Positions 21,401 to 30,044 of a stretch of 64,000 bases of DNA are shown in pieces; position 1 is the stretch's first letter; each line of letters starts with the position of its first letter. Location of the stretch: the IMG/VR virus record IMGVR_UViG_3300026484_000007, positions 186,001 through 250,000 of that record; one strand, written 5' to 3'. The position numbers were made by a program, and so were the translations under genes. The notes below the pieces were generated by a model, which was not told where the DNA came from, ran no database searches, and saw only the letters and a program-made list of their open reading frames with translations.

Positions 21401-21590
21401 AAATCCAGAAGTCAAAAAAGCGGAAAATGAAATAAATAAAATTTTTGATAAAGTGACCGATGAAGTGACCAATGAAGTATCTGAAGCATCTGATGAAAAT
21501 TCTGAAATTAATTTAGCGGTCGGCGTTAAACCAACGATCCCAGGCGCTCCAGTTCCTCCTCCACCAACACCTCCAAAAGGATCTTTTTAA
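18417..21590 (+). CDS. primase-helicase (AEP/PrimPol-like primase, Zn-finger, SF3-like helicase)
   Basis: VVDIDFH, TGSGLQ, QRVLGSIN; CPFHED; GVPGVGKN, VVLDE, MFSN. Confidence 0.85.
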   Translation: MENTGFKIIENHNFDEIKRYWLDLYGAEELASDETIRVVPQIKFDNGEQKVFTINNQINSLSGFLDFIKNMDNQYGIGKVGYSISSAIFHYDPENKDDKGQVVKPNAGTFKRIKNVVVDIDFHMAKSKDRFVLGFLENTYIDFAILNIFLSISEKLQEAGIDVVKPKIAGMTGSGLQIVFEMDRELYKDDALVFLTYLKKILGGLTKDLALKDQFGNIVSATAEVDTTFADLVHVQRVLGSINQKYFTLSKYSNVFEFNSKEEYFKNIDRIKNEYLSFINEAQFPITTKEKYNKYITHIIERIKTITANESVNQFFVDKYLQLAKMEQYAGKTAIRPSEMKNIELDLIYKLKEEGIKTIDLIRDLVKIDHESSRFIALKCPFHEDTKYSFAIYINDGIDVLYDFHDGKSYNLVSFWEKIYNVNKTTAISQISQKAGIKLGKGERKDFQQLEIEEIVDHLLDKIDLDKFIYYRLANKNRVCIVRHKDTGEAFVFDGPKMIASHVLQNQLKVEDADKKLQEVFYNRFQERILIDAFEEFHPGKPTVFQREFIKFVNLWVPSKNYLNAHERAKELKEELQIDKKIPLEDSIQILKEKTPWTFKYIQQLTQKGNLLWFINWLANGAKYQVMPTIPVIFGVPGVGKNLFVTTILEWYHNNEYTKVMTSDRLMSNFNSILENASMVVLDEGDVSNSKEFDFLKFLSGNKNLMIEKKGQDVKISEKFFNIIMFSNGDIPVRHSFDDRRIQYFKTEQTLLQSCKQWGITIDDFIENVEKELEDFWGILLNISLDKKWSISNEKDKLYIIQILKQHSFGELILKLLEGQWRDIALQLNENISDPALMKANLELLKEIKEHFENESKLSLTLINRYLNALNFKYKTSIQRFIQRNSLQDIGIDIEVTLEDVLIKIDKEKLQNLINVPNVLTIKEYKSIDRFIRILKKAIDSIIDTKSKFIEDEKIIESQEIKVETDMEASNKKELESIGIYDKDSPEIDPDGLFKNPEVKKAENEINKIFDKVTDEVTNEVSEASDENSEINLAVGVKPTIPGAPVPPPPTPPKGSF

Positions 21591-21616
21591 GATCCTTTTA
21601 TAAAAAGGAATTTTAT

Positions 21617-21889
21617 ATGAATGAAGTAATTAATGAAGCGGTTAATGTAATAGAATTTAAATCTTACTTATCTATAGATTTTTTAATTTATGTGGGCAGA
21701 TGGATTTTTAGTGCTTTTGTTATGATGATACCTTTATATTTTTTACAAAAATTTCAGATTTCTAAATATTTTAAAAAAATTAAAGGTTATAAAACCGAAT
21801 ACCAAGAATACATTGATTTAATTATTATTCAAATAATTGGAGCTTTTATTTTCTGGTATATTGATCAAATGATATTTAAAGGAGTTTAA
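21617..21889 (+). CDS. small two-TM membrane protein
   Basis: two hydrophobic segments; RBS. Confidence 0.7.
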   Translation: MNEVINEAVNVIEFKSYLSIDFLIYVGRWIFSAFVMMIPLYFLQKFQISKYFKKIKGYKTEYQEYIDLIIIQIIGAFIFWYIDQMIFKGV

Positions 21890-21890
21890 T

Positions 21891-22187
21891 ATGGATGAAA
21901 TTCAAATGATTAACACATATAATAAAATTGTTGGTACTGTTTATGGAGAAGTAGAAATTGACGCGAACTCGTCATCAACTGTCGATATCTCTTCTCCGAT
22001 TAATGGAATTACAGCTGTGGTGACTTTAAAATTAAAAGATGATTCTGATGCGGATAATGTTATTTATAAATCAGAGCATTCTTTTTCTTACGAGATTAAT
22101 GATGATGGAAATCAAATCACAATCTATAACAATTCAACTGCGAAAGCAACTTGTGTATATACTATTATAGATTTATATTTAAATTGA
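21891..22187 (+). CDS. hypothetical beta-rich protein
   Basis: AAGGAG RBS, 98 aa. Confidence 0.7.
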   Translation: MDEIQMINTYNKIVGTVYGEVEIDANSSSTVDISSPINGITAVVTLKLKDDSDADNVIYKSEHSFSYEINDDGNQITIYNNSTAKATCVYTIIDLYLN

Positions 22188-22213
22188 TCCTTTTGGATTA
22201 ATTTTTTATTACG

Positions 22214-22354
22214 AAAAACTCGTGATCCTAAAACGTTGAGCATCTATAGATACACAAAGATATATACGAGTTCTAAAACTATCTTTAAAATTTTAGAACT
22301 GCTATATATCGCGGAAGATCTAAAATAGATGCGACGAAGAAAATCAAAGTTTTT
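22214..22354. repeat. ~130-bp intergenic repeat, reverse orientation, longer central spacer
   Basis: GTTCTAAAA-ctatctttaaaa-TTTTAGAAC core; ends AAAATCAAAGTTTTT. Confidence 0.9.
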
Positions 22355-22406
22355 CAAGTTTAAAAATTAGAATTTAAATAATTTAAATATATTTAAAAGG
22401 AAAAAG

Positions 22407-23012
22407 ATGTTATATATAATTAATTTATTTGGAGGTCCTGGTTCAGGTAAAAGTACTACAGCAGCATCTTTATTTGGAGCAATGAAATCTTTAAAGAAAC
22501 AAAAAGAATCTTTTTTAGATCAATATCAAATTGAATTAGTAACTGAATTTGCTAAAGATAAAGTATACGATTTTCATCATATATGTTTAGAAAATCAATT
22601 TTTTACTAGTGGAAATCAATATCATAGAATGTGGAGAGTAATTAATTTTTGGAATTATCATAATTATAAAAATGGAATTATAATTACAGATTCGCCTATA
22701 ATAAATGGTATATTTTATGATACTCATCCAAAAAAGGAATTACTCAAAAAAGTTTTAATCGAATACTCTGAATTCGACGAATACAAAAACAATTTTGCTG
22801 GACTTGAACAATTTAATTATTTATTAATAAGAGATCATGATTTTGAACAATCTGGAAGACTTCAGACTTCAGAAGAATCTGATAAAATTACGAATGATAT
22901 TAAAAAATTTTTTAATAAAAATAATAAGGATCTTTTAGAGATTCAAACTTCAAAAGCTCAAGAATTTATTTTGAATGATATTTTAAAAAATATAAAAAAG
23001 GAAAAAACATGA
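22407..23012 (+). CDS. P-loop nucleoside/nucleotide kinase-like ATPase (NadR/AAA_28-like)
   Basis: INLFGGPGSGKST, ELVTEFAK, ITDSP, GRLQ. Confidence 0.8.
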   Translation: MLYIINLFGGPGSGKSTTAASLFGAMKSLKKQKESFLDQYQIELVTEFAKDKVYDFHHICLENQFFTSGNQYHRMWRVINFWNYHNYKNGIIITDSPIINGIFYDTHPKKELLKKVLIEYSEFDEYKNNFAGLEQFNYLLIRDHDFEQSGRLQTSEESDKITNDIKKFFNKNNKDLLEIQTSKAQEFILNDILKNIKKEKT

Positions 23013-23449
23013 AAGAATTAGAATTGAACGCTTCGAACAAGCCAAATTTTTTATCGGATGAAGAAATTAATTCTCTTTTGGATGTAGTTTTCGATAAAAA
23101 TTTTATTGAAAACACTCAAAGAAAATATTTTACTAGCGATAATAAAGATGATATAATTAAAGGCCATCAATTAATACTAGAACATATTAGTGTTAGAATT
23201 GATAAGCTTTTACTTGGATTTAAAAATATAAAAATAGAAGGATCTTTAGCAGATCCAATAATAAAAATTCTTGGAGAAAATCAATATGATGATCACGTGA
23301 ATTTATTTAAAATTATTCAATCGACAAAAAATCTAAATAACGATATTATCGAAGCTATTGCTCAAATGGATTATATTGAAAATAAAATAAGAAAAAAAGT
23401 GGAAGAAAAGGAACTCGAAGATGAAAATACAGAAGAATGTCATTTTTGA
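23009..23449 (+). CDS. hypothetical protein
   Basis: 146-aa ORF, ATGA-coupled. Confidence 0.7.
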   Translation: MKELELNASNKPNFLSDEEINSLLDVVFDKNFIENTQRKYFTSDNKDDIIKGHQLILEHISVRIDKLLLGFKNIKIEGSLADPIIKILGENQYDDHVNLFKIIQSTKNLNNDIIEAIAQMDYIENKIRKKVEEKELEDENTEECHF

Positions 23450-23909
23450 TAATAATACTAAATTACTAATTTATGCAGATGGTAGTTGTCTCGGAAATCC
23501 TGGAAAAGGAGGATGGGCAGCTCTTTTAATTTTTTTAAAAAATGGAGCGAAGAAAGCTGAAAAAATGATATCGGGTTGTTCTAAATCTAGCACTAATAAT
23601 AAAATGGAATTACAAGCAGTTATCGAAGCTTTAAAAACTATAAAATTAAATACTATTTCGTATCCAATAGAGATTCATGTTGATTCTCAATATGTTCAAA
23701 AAGGGCTAACTGACTGGAGAGAATCTTGGGAGTATCGAAATTTTAGAGGAGTAAAGAATCCTGAGCAATGGAAAGAATTGATTGATTTAATAAATAAAAT
23801 TGAACATAAAAAAATTAAAATATCTATCAATTATGTAAAAGCTCATAACGGGCATCCTGAAAACGAAAGAGTCGATGACGAAGCAAGAAAAAAAGCCGAG
23901 AGATGCTAA
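23421..23909 (+). CDS. rnhA: ribonuclease HI
   Basis: IYADGSCLGNPGKGGW, TNNKMEL, DSQYV, VKAHNGHPENERVD. Confidence 0.97.
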   Translation: MKIQKNVIFDNNTKLLIYADGSCLGNPGKGGWAALLIFLKNGAKKAEKMISGCSKSSTNNKMELQAVIEALKTIKLNTISYPIEIHVDSQYVQKGLTDWRESWEYRNFRGVKNPEQWKELIDLINKIEHKKIKISINYVKAHNGHPENERVDDEARKKAERC

Positions 23910-23943
23910 AGAAATGCTAAAGAATGGCTAAAAGGGGAAGCGT

Positions 23944-24432
23944 ATGAAAAACATGAAAAACATGAAAAACATTTTTACATCCATAAAAGATCTTTTTAAA
24001 AAAGATTACGAAAAAATTATTGAAGAATTAAAAGATGAGCATAAATATTTACTCATTCTTTATCACGAAATTATTCATATTTGTACGGTAGAAAAAGATA
24101 TTGAAAGATTAAATAATATGATCGATAATTTTTTAAATATCTTAAAAGAACATTTAGAAAAAGAAAATAAAGAGATCTATGAATTTTTTGACAATACAAT
24201 TACTGATGAATTGATAAAAGAACATATCGAAAAAATTAGAAAAGACATCAAAATTATTGATAAAAAATTGAAAATTATTTTAAAAAAGCATAGAAAAATC
24301 AAAGAGGAAACCCTTGATTCATTCCTAAGAGATTTTTCTTATTTAATACAAATGATAATCAAAAGAGTTGAGTTAGAAGAGAATATTATATATTCTTATT
24401 TTCTTCGTAAAAAATCTTCAAAAGCAATTTAA
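23944..24432 (+). CDS. hemerythrin-like (HHE) domain protein
   Basis: EH...HLEKEN..IY...EH...RVELEENIIY. Confidence 0.7.
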   Translation: MKNMKNMKNIFTSIKDLFKKDYEKIIEELKDEHKYLLILYHEIIHICTVEKDIERLNNMIDNFLNILKEHLEKENKEIYEFFDNTITDELIKEHIEKIRKDIKIIDKKLKIILKKHRKIKEETLDSFLRDFSYLIQMIIKRVELEENIIYSYFLRKKSSKAI

Positions 24433-24529
24433 AGAAATAAAAATTCATTATCAAATTATAAGCATATGATAATCATACGAAAATCATTCAAATGTGATAA
24501 AATTACAATAAAATCAAAGGAGACTAGAA

Positions 24530-25177
24530 ATGAAAAAAATTACATTAACTGAAGCATTATCTGAATTAAAATTATACGATAAAAAAATTACTAAAGAAAT
24601 ATCAGAATTAAGTAGATCTAAAAGCACAGTCGATTATGTTATAGGTAAAAATAAATTAACTGAAATCAATAAAATGACTGAAGAAGAGTTAAAAGAATAT
24701 GCTCAAAGCGCTGTAGATAAATTATTAAATTTAATTAAAAACAGAGGTATTCTTAAAGCAGCAATTGCTAAAGCAAACGCAATTACAACATTAAACGTTA
24801 ATGGAAAAGAATATACTATCGTAGAAGCTATTGAAAGAAAAAATAATATTTATAAAGAAAAAGAAATTTTAAATATTCTTGCAGAAAATTATAACAATGT
24901 TGCTTATAAAGTTTCAAGAATCAATGAAAATGCGAGAGATGAAGTAAATAGATTATTAGAAGCTAAATTATCTAGCGATAGTAAAAATCAATCGTCAGAT
25001 GAAATTGAAAAACTATCTCAAGTTCTTTTAGAAGCTAAAGAAGCTAAAATTCTCGATCCATATAAAATCGGAGATTTAATAGTAAAAATGCAAGAAGAAA
25101 TTGAAGAGTTCGAAACTAACATCGACGTAGCATTATCAATCGTAAATGCTAAAACAGAAATCGAAGTAGATCTTTAA
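24530..25177 (+). CDS. conserved coiled-coil protein (DIP1984/DUF6847-like)
   Basis: TLTEALSELK, IAKANAIT, TIVEAIERK, LDP, IDVALSIVNAKTEIEV. Confidence 0.6.
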   Translation: MKKITLTEALSELKLYDKKITKEISELSRSKSTVDYVIGKNKLTEINKMTEEELKEYAQSAVDKLLNLIKNRGILKAAIAKANAITTLNVNGKEYTIVEAIERKNNIYKEKEILNILAENYNNVAYKVSRINENARDEVNRLLEAKLSSDSKNQSSDEIEKLSQVLLEAKEAKILDPYKIGDLIVKMQEEIEEFETNIDVALSIVNAKTEIEVDL

Positions 25178-25224
25178 AAGATCTACTTTTTTTTGTCATT
25201 AGAAAAAATTGTAAAGGAGAATAA

Positions 25225-27525
25225 ATGAACGATATTTACGTAATTAAAAGAGATGGAAGAAAAGAAAAATTTCAATTAAGCAAAATAAGAAAACAGATTG
25301 AATTTGCATGCGCGCCTACTTCAGTAAGTCCTCTTGAAATCGAAAGTCTTTTAAAGATTGATCTTCATAAACCAGATTTAAAAACTTCAGACATTCAAGA
25401 AATCATTATTGGATCAATTGTAAAAAATATTAATATTGATAATAAAGAGTGGGATTTAATTGCTGGTAGAGCAGCGATGTTTGATCTTTATAGAAACGTT
25501 TATAAAGTTACAGGTTTTGATCCAAAAGATTGGAGAGAACATATTAAATGGCTTACTGAAAATAATAGATACAGAACTGATATTTTATCTAAATTAGAAA
25601 AAATGGAGAAAGAAAGAAAATTAGAATTCTTAGATGATCTTTTAGAGAACTTTGTAACTGGAAATTATGATTTTCAAATGGTGTACTCGCAAGTACAAGT
25701 TATTAAATCTAAGTATCTTTTAAAAAGCAAAAGAAAAATTATTGAATATCCAGTGTTGACTGATATAGTTAATAGTATTATTTTATGCGATGGAACTTAT
25801 GAAGATTTTAAAATTCTTTTTGAAATGATTCATAATCAATATATTTCATTAGCGACTCCATTTAAAGCTAATCTTAGAATTCCAAATGGAAGTGTTACAT
25901 CTTGTTTTATTGGAGAAAATATCGATAGTCTTGCGGGAATTGCTAAAGCTTGGAAAGATATGGCTAAGATATCTCAAGAAGGTGGAGGAATCGGTTGGGA
26001 CTTTTCAAAAATTAGACCAGGAGATTCTTATACTGATAACGTTCCTAAATCAAATACTATCAATAAATGGCTTAAGATAGTTAATGATATTATGGTTGCT
26101 GTTAATCAAAGAGGAATTAGACCAGGAGCTTTAACTCCAGCAATACCTTGGTGGCATTTAGATGTTTTTGATTTTATCGATATGAAATCAGAATTAAATG
26201 GAGATCTTAGAGAAAAATGTTTTGACCTTTTCCCTCAAGTAACTGTAGATAATTATTTTATTGATGCGGTACTTAACGACGAAGAAGTTTATTTATTCGA
26301 CCAAAAAGAATATAAAGATTTAACTTGCATCGATATTACTGAGTTAGTCGATGAAAAATTATATGAAACTCATAAACATGTTGAAAAATTAATCAATGAA
26401 AATAAACTTACTCATTATAAAAAGATTAAAGCTAGAGATCTTTGGAAAAAAATCTTATGGGTATGGGTTGAGATAGGTGATTTTTATATCGCTCATAAAG
26501 ACAATATTAATAAAGCAAATTACTTAAAAAATGATCCTCAAGGAGGGATTACAAAGAATGTTAATCTATGTTGTGAAAGTTATAGTCTTACAAAAGCACC
26601 TACTCAATGGGCTTCAAAATCAATTAATGATGGTGATAGAGAAATAACAATTGAAACGGATGGTAGATATCATGCTTGTAATCTTTGTAGTATCAATCTT
26701 ACAAATCTTGTAGATAAATCGGAAGAATTTATTAAATTAGTTTCTAAATACGCAGTAATTATTCTTGATAGAGGAATTGATTTAAGTACTTTCCCAGTTC
26801 TTGAAGCTGAATTAAATTCAAAAGAATTAAGAAACATAGGTATCGGATTTGTAGGTATGGCTGATTATATGGCTTATAATAATAAAATGTTTGACACTGA
26901 AGATGGTCAAAGATTTGCGGAAGCTTTAATCGAAAGATTCTCTTGGTACGTTCATAATACAAGCGTAGAATTAGCTAAAGAAAAAGGATCTTATCCATTA
27001 TTCAAACCAGAAAATTATTATAAAATTCTTGGGCATAAACCAGAAGAATTAGAAAATTTTAGTAAAGCAAATGGAAATAATTTCCCTTGGAGACAATTAC
27101 AACAAGATATTTTTGAACATGGAATTAGAAATTTTTATTTATTAAGTCCAGCACCAAACACATCAACTGCGATCTTAAATGGATCAACAGCGAGTTTCTT
27201 ACCAGTATATAATAAAGAAATGTATCAAACAATGAGCAATCAATCAGTTCCTATTATTCCTAAATTTATTAAAGAAAAATTCTGGTTGTATAAAACTAAA
27301 TTCGATTATATTCCAAAAGATATCATCAATTATACTAGAAGACTTCAAAGATGGATTGACGCAGGAATTTCATTAGAAATTAATATTAATCCAGCTCTTA
27401 CGAATATCAAAGAAATTTCAGATGCTATTCTAGATGGTTTTAAATCTGGAGAGCTTAAAGCAATATATTATTCATTGACAATTGATGGTAAAAAACAAGA
27501 AGGTTGTGTATCATGTGCGAATTAG
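25225..27525 (+). CDS. nrdA: class I ribonucleotide reductase alpha subunit with ATP cone
   Basis: VIKRDG, SCF, NLCCE, CNLCSINL, APNTST, YY, C-terminal CVSC. Confidence 0.96.
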   Translation: MNDIYVIKRDGRKEKFQLSKIRKQIEFACAPTSVSPLEIESLLKIDLHKPDLKTSDIQEIIIGSIVKNINIDNKEWDLIAGRAAMFDLYRNVYKVTGFDPKDWREHIKWLTENNRYRTDILSKLEKMEKERKLEFLDDLLENFVTGNYDFQMVYSQVQVIKSKYLLKSKRKIIEYPVLTDIVNSIILCDGTYEDFKILFEMIHNQYISLATPFKANLRIPNGSVTSCFIGENIDSLAGIAKAWKDMAKISQEGGGIGWDFSKIRPGDSYTDNVPKSNTINKWLKIVNDIMVAVNQRGIRPGALTPAIPWWHLDVFDFIDMKSELNGDLREKCFDLFPQVTVDNYFIDAVLNDEEVYLFDQKEYKDLTCIDITELVDEKLYETHKHVEKLINENKLTHYKKIKARDLWKKILWVWVEIGDFYIAHKDNINKANYLKNDPQGGITKNVNLCCESYSLTKAPTQWASKSINDGDREITIETDGRYHACNLCSINLTNLVDKSEEFIKLVSKYAVIILDRGIDLSTFPVLEAELNSKELRNIGIGFVGMADYMAYNNKMFDTEDGQRFAEALIERFSWYVHNTSVELAKEKGSYPLFKPENYYKILGHKPEELENFSKANGNNFPWRQLQQDIFEHGIRNFYLLSPAPNTSTAILNGSTASFLPVYNKEMYQTMSNQSVPIIPKFIKEKFWLYKTKFDYIPKDIINYTRRLQRWIDAGISLEININPALTNIKEISDAILDGFKSGELKAIYYSLTIDGKKQEGCVSCAN

Positions 27526-27818
27526 ACCAAAATGCTAAAAATGAAATCTTAAAAGAAATAAGACAATTAAGGCAAAAATTTGAAGAGGATCTTAGAAATA
27601 AAAGATTCTCTTCGGATATACCAGAGAGATCTTTTGCAGATCAGTTTGAGCAAATTGTCCCACCATTAACATTTTTAATAGTGGTTTTATCTATATTGAT
27701 TTTATTCATTGGTGATGTATACAATAAACATCAATTAAATAAATTAATTATCGAAAAAAATTGTAGTCAATTTTTAAATAAGATGCATGAAATAAGAGAA
27801 ATGAAGGAGAAAAAATGA
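27513..27818 (+). CDS. hypothetical single-TM protein
   Basis: hydrophobic LTFLIVVLSILILFI; start uncertain (27504 or 27513). Confidence 0.6.
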   Translation: MCELDQNAKNEILKEIRQLRQKFEEDLRNKRFSSDIPERSFADQFEQIVPPLTFLIVVLSILILFIGDVYNKHQLNKLIIEKNCSQFLNKMHEIREMKEKK

Positions 27819-28885
27819 GCCAAATATCAAATCAAGTAAATCATAATTGTAAAGTTAAAAAATTATTTAATCCAGATGTTCAGGATGAACACAAATTATA
27901 CGGAGGTTGTACGACAAATACATTAGATCTTGCTAACGTAAAATATCCAGTGTTCGTTGATTGGGTGGATAAACAATACGCAAATAACTGGTTACCTCAA
28001 AAAGTTGATATGACTGGGGATTATAGTCAATACTGGAATGATTTAACAGATGATGAAAGAGTTGCGTTTGATAATATTTTATCTTTCTTAATATTCTTAG
28101 ATAGTATTCAAACGAACAATCTTCCTAATATTGCAGATTATATTACATTACCTGAGGTTGTATATGCATTAGCAAGACAAACATATGACGAAGCAATACA
28201 TAGTCGTTCATATGGATTAATATTAAATTTTAATATTAAAGATAAAGCTAAAATAGAAGAAATTACTTATCTTTGGAGAAAAAATAAAATTCTTTTAGAA
28301 AGAAATAAAAAAATTGCAGAGATCTATCAAGACGCAAAAGATAATCATTCTGATCTTAATTTTATCAAAGGTCTTATAGGGAATTTTATGTTAGAAGGAA
28401 TTTATTTTTATAATGGATTTCAGTTCTTTCATAATCTTGCATCAAGAGGTCTTATGATTGGAACAGATACTCAAATCAGATATATCCAAAGAGATGAATT
28501 AGGACATTTAAAGCTTTTCGCTGATATTATTAAAATATCGCAAGAAGAAAATCCAGAAATTTGGACAGACGAAGTTAAAGAAATCGTTTACGATATGTTT
28601 AGAGATGCTGTAGATCTTGAAATTAAATTTAGTCAAGATGTTATTGGAGATAAAATTCTTGGAATGAGTTCACAAGCAATCGAAGATTACGCTTATTGGC
28701 TTGGGAATAAAAGACTTAAAGAAATTAAATTAAAACCAATTTTTCCAGAAAGAAAAAATCCTTATTCTCATTTAGAAAAAATTGCTTCTGTCGAAGATGA
28801 AAGTTCAAATAGAACTAATAACTTCGAAAGCACATCAATTACTTATAAATCTCCAGAAATTCTTGATGGATGGGATCAAATTTAA
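27815..28885 (+). CDS. nrdB: class I ribonucleotide reductase beta subunit
   Basis: WLPQ, FLDSIQ, EAIHSRSY, LEGIYFYNGF, RDELGH. Confidence 0.96.
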   Translation: MSQISNQVNHNCKVKKLFNPDVQDEHKLYGGCTTNTLDLANVKYPVFVDWVDKQYANNWLPQKVDMTGDYSQYWNDLTDDERVAFDNILSFLIFLDSIQTNNLPNIADYITLPEVVYALARQTYDEAIHSRSYGLILNFNIKDKAKIEEITYLWRKNKILLERNKKIAEIYQDAKDNHSDLNFIKGLIGNFMLEGIYFYNGFQFFHNLASRGLMIGTDTQIRYIQRDELGHLKLFADIIKISQEENPEIWTDEVKEIVYDMFRDAVDLEIKFSQDVIGDKILGMSSQAIEDYAYWLGNKRLKEIKLKPIFPERKNPYSHLEKIASVEDESSNRTNNFESTSITYKSPEILDGWDQI

Positions 28886-28907
28886 AACCGATTTAAAAAG
28901 GAATCAA

Positions 28908-29093
28908 ATGTTACTTAAAGAATGTAATGGTTGCAAATATCTAGCTCGATTGATCGGTATAGGTCAAGGAGTTAGATGTACAAATCCAGAAAATCAAATA
29001 ACTGGAATGGATGGATCAAAAGCGATAGTTATATCTCAGATAGAGAATTGTAATTATTATAAGCAACATAAAAAAGATAAGAAAGAATCTTAA
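28908..29093 (+). CDS. small Cys-rich protein
   Basis: AAGGA RBS before ATG 28908; CNGC...C...C. Confidence 0.65.
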   Translation: MLLKECNGCKYLARLIGIGQGVRCTNPENQITGMDGSKAIVISQIENCNYYKQHKKDKKES

Positions 29094-29114
29094 AAGGATC
29101 TTAAAAAGATCCAA

Positions 29115-29142
29115 TTGAAATATTTTTTTTGAAATTTAAGAT
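29115..29142 (+). promoter_or_regulatory. sigma70-like promoter for the ncRNA
   Basis: TTGAAA-N16-TAAGAT, ~9 nt upstream of the RNA closing stem. Confidence 0.45.
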
Positions 29143-29151
29143 TTTCTTTAA

Positions 29152-29535
29152 CTTTCTTTATCAGGCGATAAAAATCGAATAATCCCGCCTGACTGGAGCG
29201 AAATACCAGTCACAAAATTATTTTACATGGGTTAAAATAAGGAGATCGCACTGAAGATGCGCTTTTATAATTACACCAAAAACGAAGGTTCGATTCCTTC
29301 CTTTCCCAACATAATAGGGAAAGTAGCCAAGAGGTAAGGCATTGGTTCCAAAATATAAATATATAACAATCGAACGAAAAGTTCAAAGTAAAAAATTTAA
29401 AATTTAATGCTTAAATACTAACTACTAAAAATTAACCTTCAAAATTTAAAATAAAAAGCTTTTTAAAATCTTGGAGGAAGTTTTAAGTGGCGAGGATTAG
29501 CCCGATTTTTGATCCAAGCTGCTTGATAGAGAAAG
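29152..29535 (+). ncRNA. large structured ncRNA with permuted tRNA-like domain and 7-nt periodic tract
   Basis: closing stem 29152-29166/29521-29535 with two G-U pairs; AAAAATCG/CGATTTTT, TAATCC/GGATTA, CGCC/GGCG; possible pseudoknot CTTGGA/TCCAAG; no ORF; terminator follows. Confidence 0.8.
29275..29346 (+). ncRNA. circularly permuted tRNA-like domain (no anticodon loop)
   Basis: ACCAA-aaac-GAAGG TTCGATT CCTTC-CTTTCCC-A, linker ACATAATA, GGGAAAG-TA-GCC AAGAGGTAA GGC-A-TTGGT. Confidence 0.85.
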
Positions 29536-29540
29536 ACTTC

Positions 29541-29584
29541 AAAACCCTCGCATAGTGCGAGGGTTTTTTTGTCGTTAGAAAAAA
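29541..29584 (+). terminator. intrinsic terminator with conserved tail
   Basis: AAAACCCTCGCA-TAG-TGCGAGGGTTTT + TTTGTCGTTAGAAAAAA. Confidence 0.9.
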
Positions 29585-29626
29585 TTAGATAAAATTAGAA
29601 AAATAAAAAAATTTTGTAAATAAAAT

Positions 29627-29701
29627 CTATGGGGAGCAATGCTCCCCATAGGGGGACTTTGTCCCCCTTGGAGGAGTGGAGACTTTTCGTCTCCACTCCT
29701 C
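29627..29701. repeat. GC-rich triple-hairpin cassette, copy 1
   Basis: CTATGGGGAGC-AAT-GCTCCCCATAG, GGGGGAC-TTT-GTCCCCC, GAGGAGTGGAGAC-TTTTC-GTCTCCACTCCTC. Confidence 0.85.
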
Positions 29702-29708
29702 TCTTTCT

Positions 29709-29747
29709 GCTATTTATATATCAATTAAAACTAAAGCAGTTCTAAAA
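29709..29747 (-). promoter_or_regulatory. candidate phage promoter TTTTAGAAC-N16-GATAT-N5-TAGC
   Basis: same bipartite motif at 29927, 30559, 31287. Confidence 0.55.
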
Positions 29748-29777
29748 AATCTCCGTAAATAAAATTACAAATAAAAT

Positions 29778-29920
29778 CTATGGGGAGCATTGCTCCCCAT
29801 AGGGGGACTTTGTCCCCCACTCACTGGGGTGGTTGCCCACATTGGCAACGGGAGCAATCCCGCTCATTTGAGCGGGGCCCGACCACCCCGGAGGACTCAC
29901 CTCCTTTCTTGGAGTCCTCC
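29778..29920. repeat. GC-rich hairpin cassette, copy 2, with multibranch domain
   Basis: same first two hairpins, then GGGGTGGT/ACCACCCC enclosing small hairpins, then GGAGGACTC/GAGTCCTCC. Confidence 0.85.
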
Positions 29921-29926
29921 TTTTTT

Positions 29927-29965
29927 GCTAATTAAATATCTGATAAAACTAAAGCAGTTCTAAAA
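29927..29965 (-). promoter_or_regulatory. candidate phage promoter
   Basis: minus strand TTTTAGAACTGCTTTAGTTTTATCAGATATTTAATTAGC. Confidence 0.55.
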
Positions 29966-30044
29966 AATCTTTATAAATAAATTTAAAAAATCTTTTCTAA
30001 AACAATATATAAATTATCAATTAAAATATATAAGGAGATTAATT

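Noticed and set aside
28782-28907. Upstream extension of the small Cys-rich ORF
   Set aside because: Overlaps the nrdB 3' end; RBS supports ATG 28908.
29275-29346. Conventional tRNA gene or two-piece tmRNA
   Set aside because: Halves are in reversed order with no anticodon loop; no G3-U70 alanine determinant, a real D-stem is present, and no tag reading frame was recognised.
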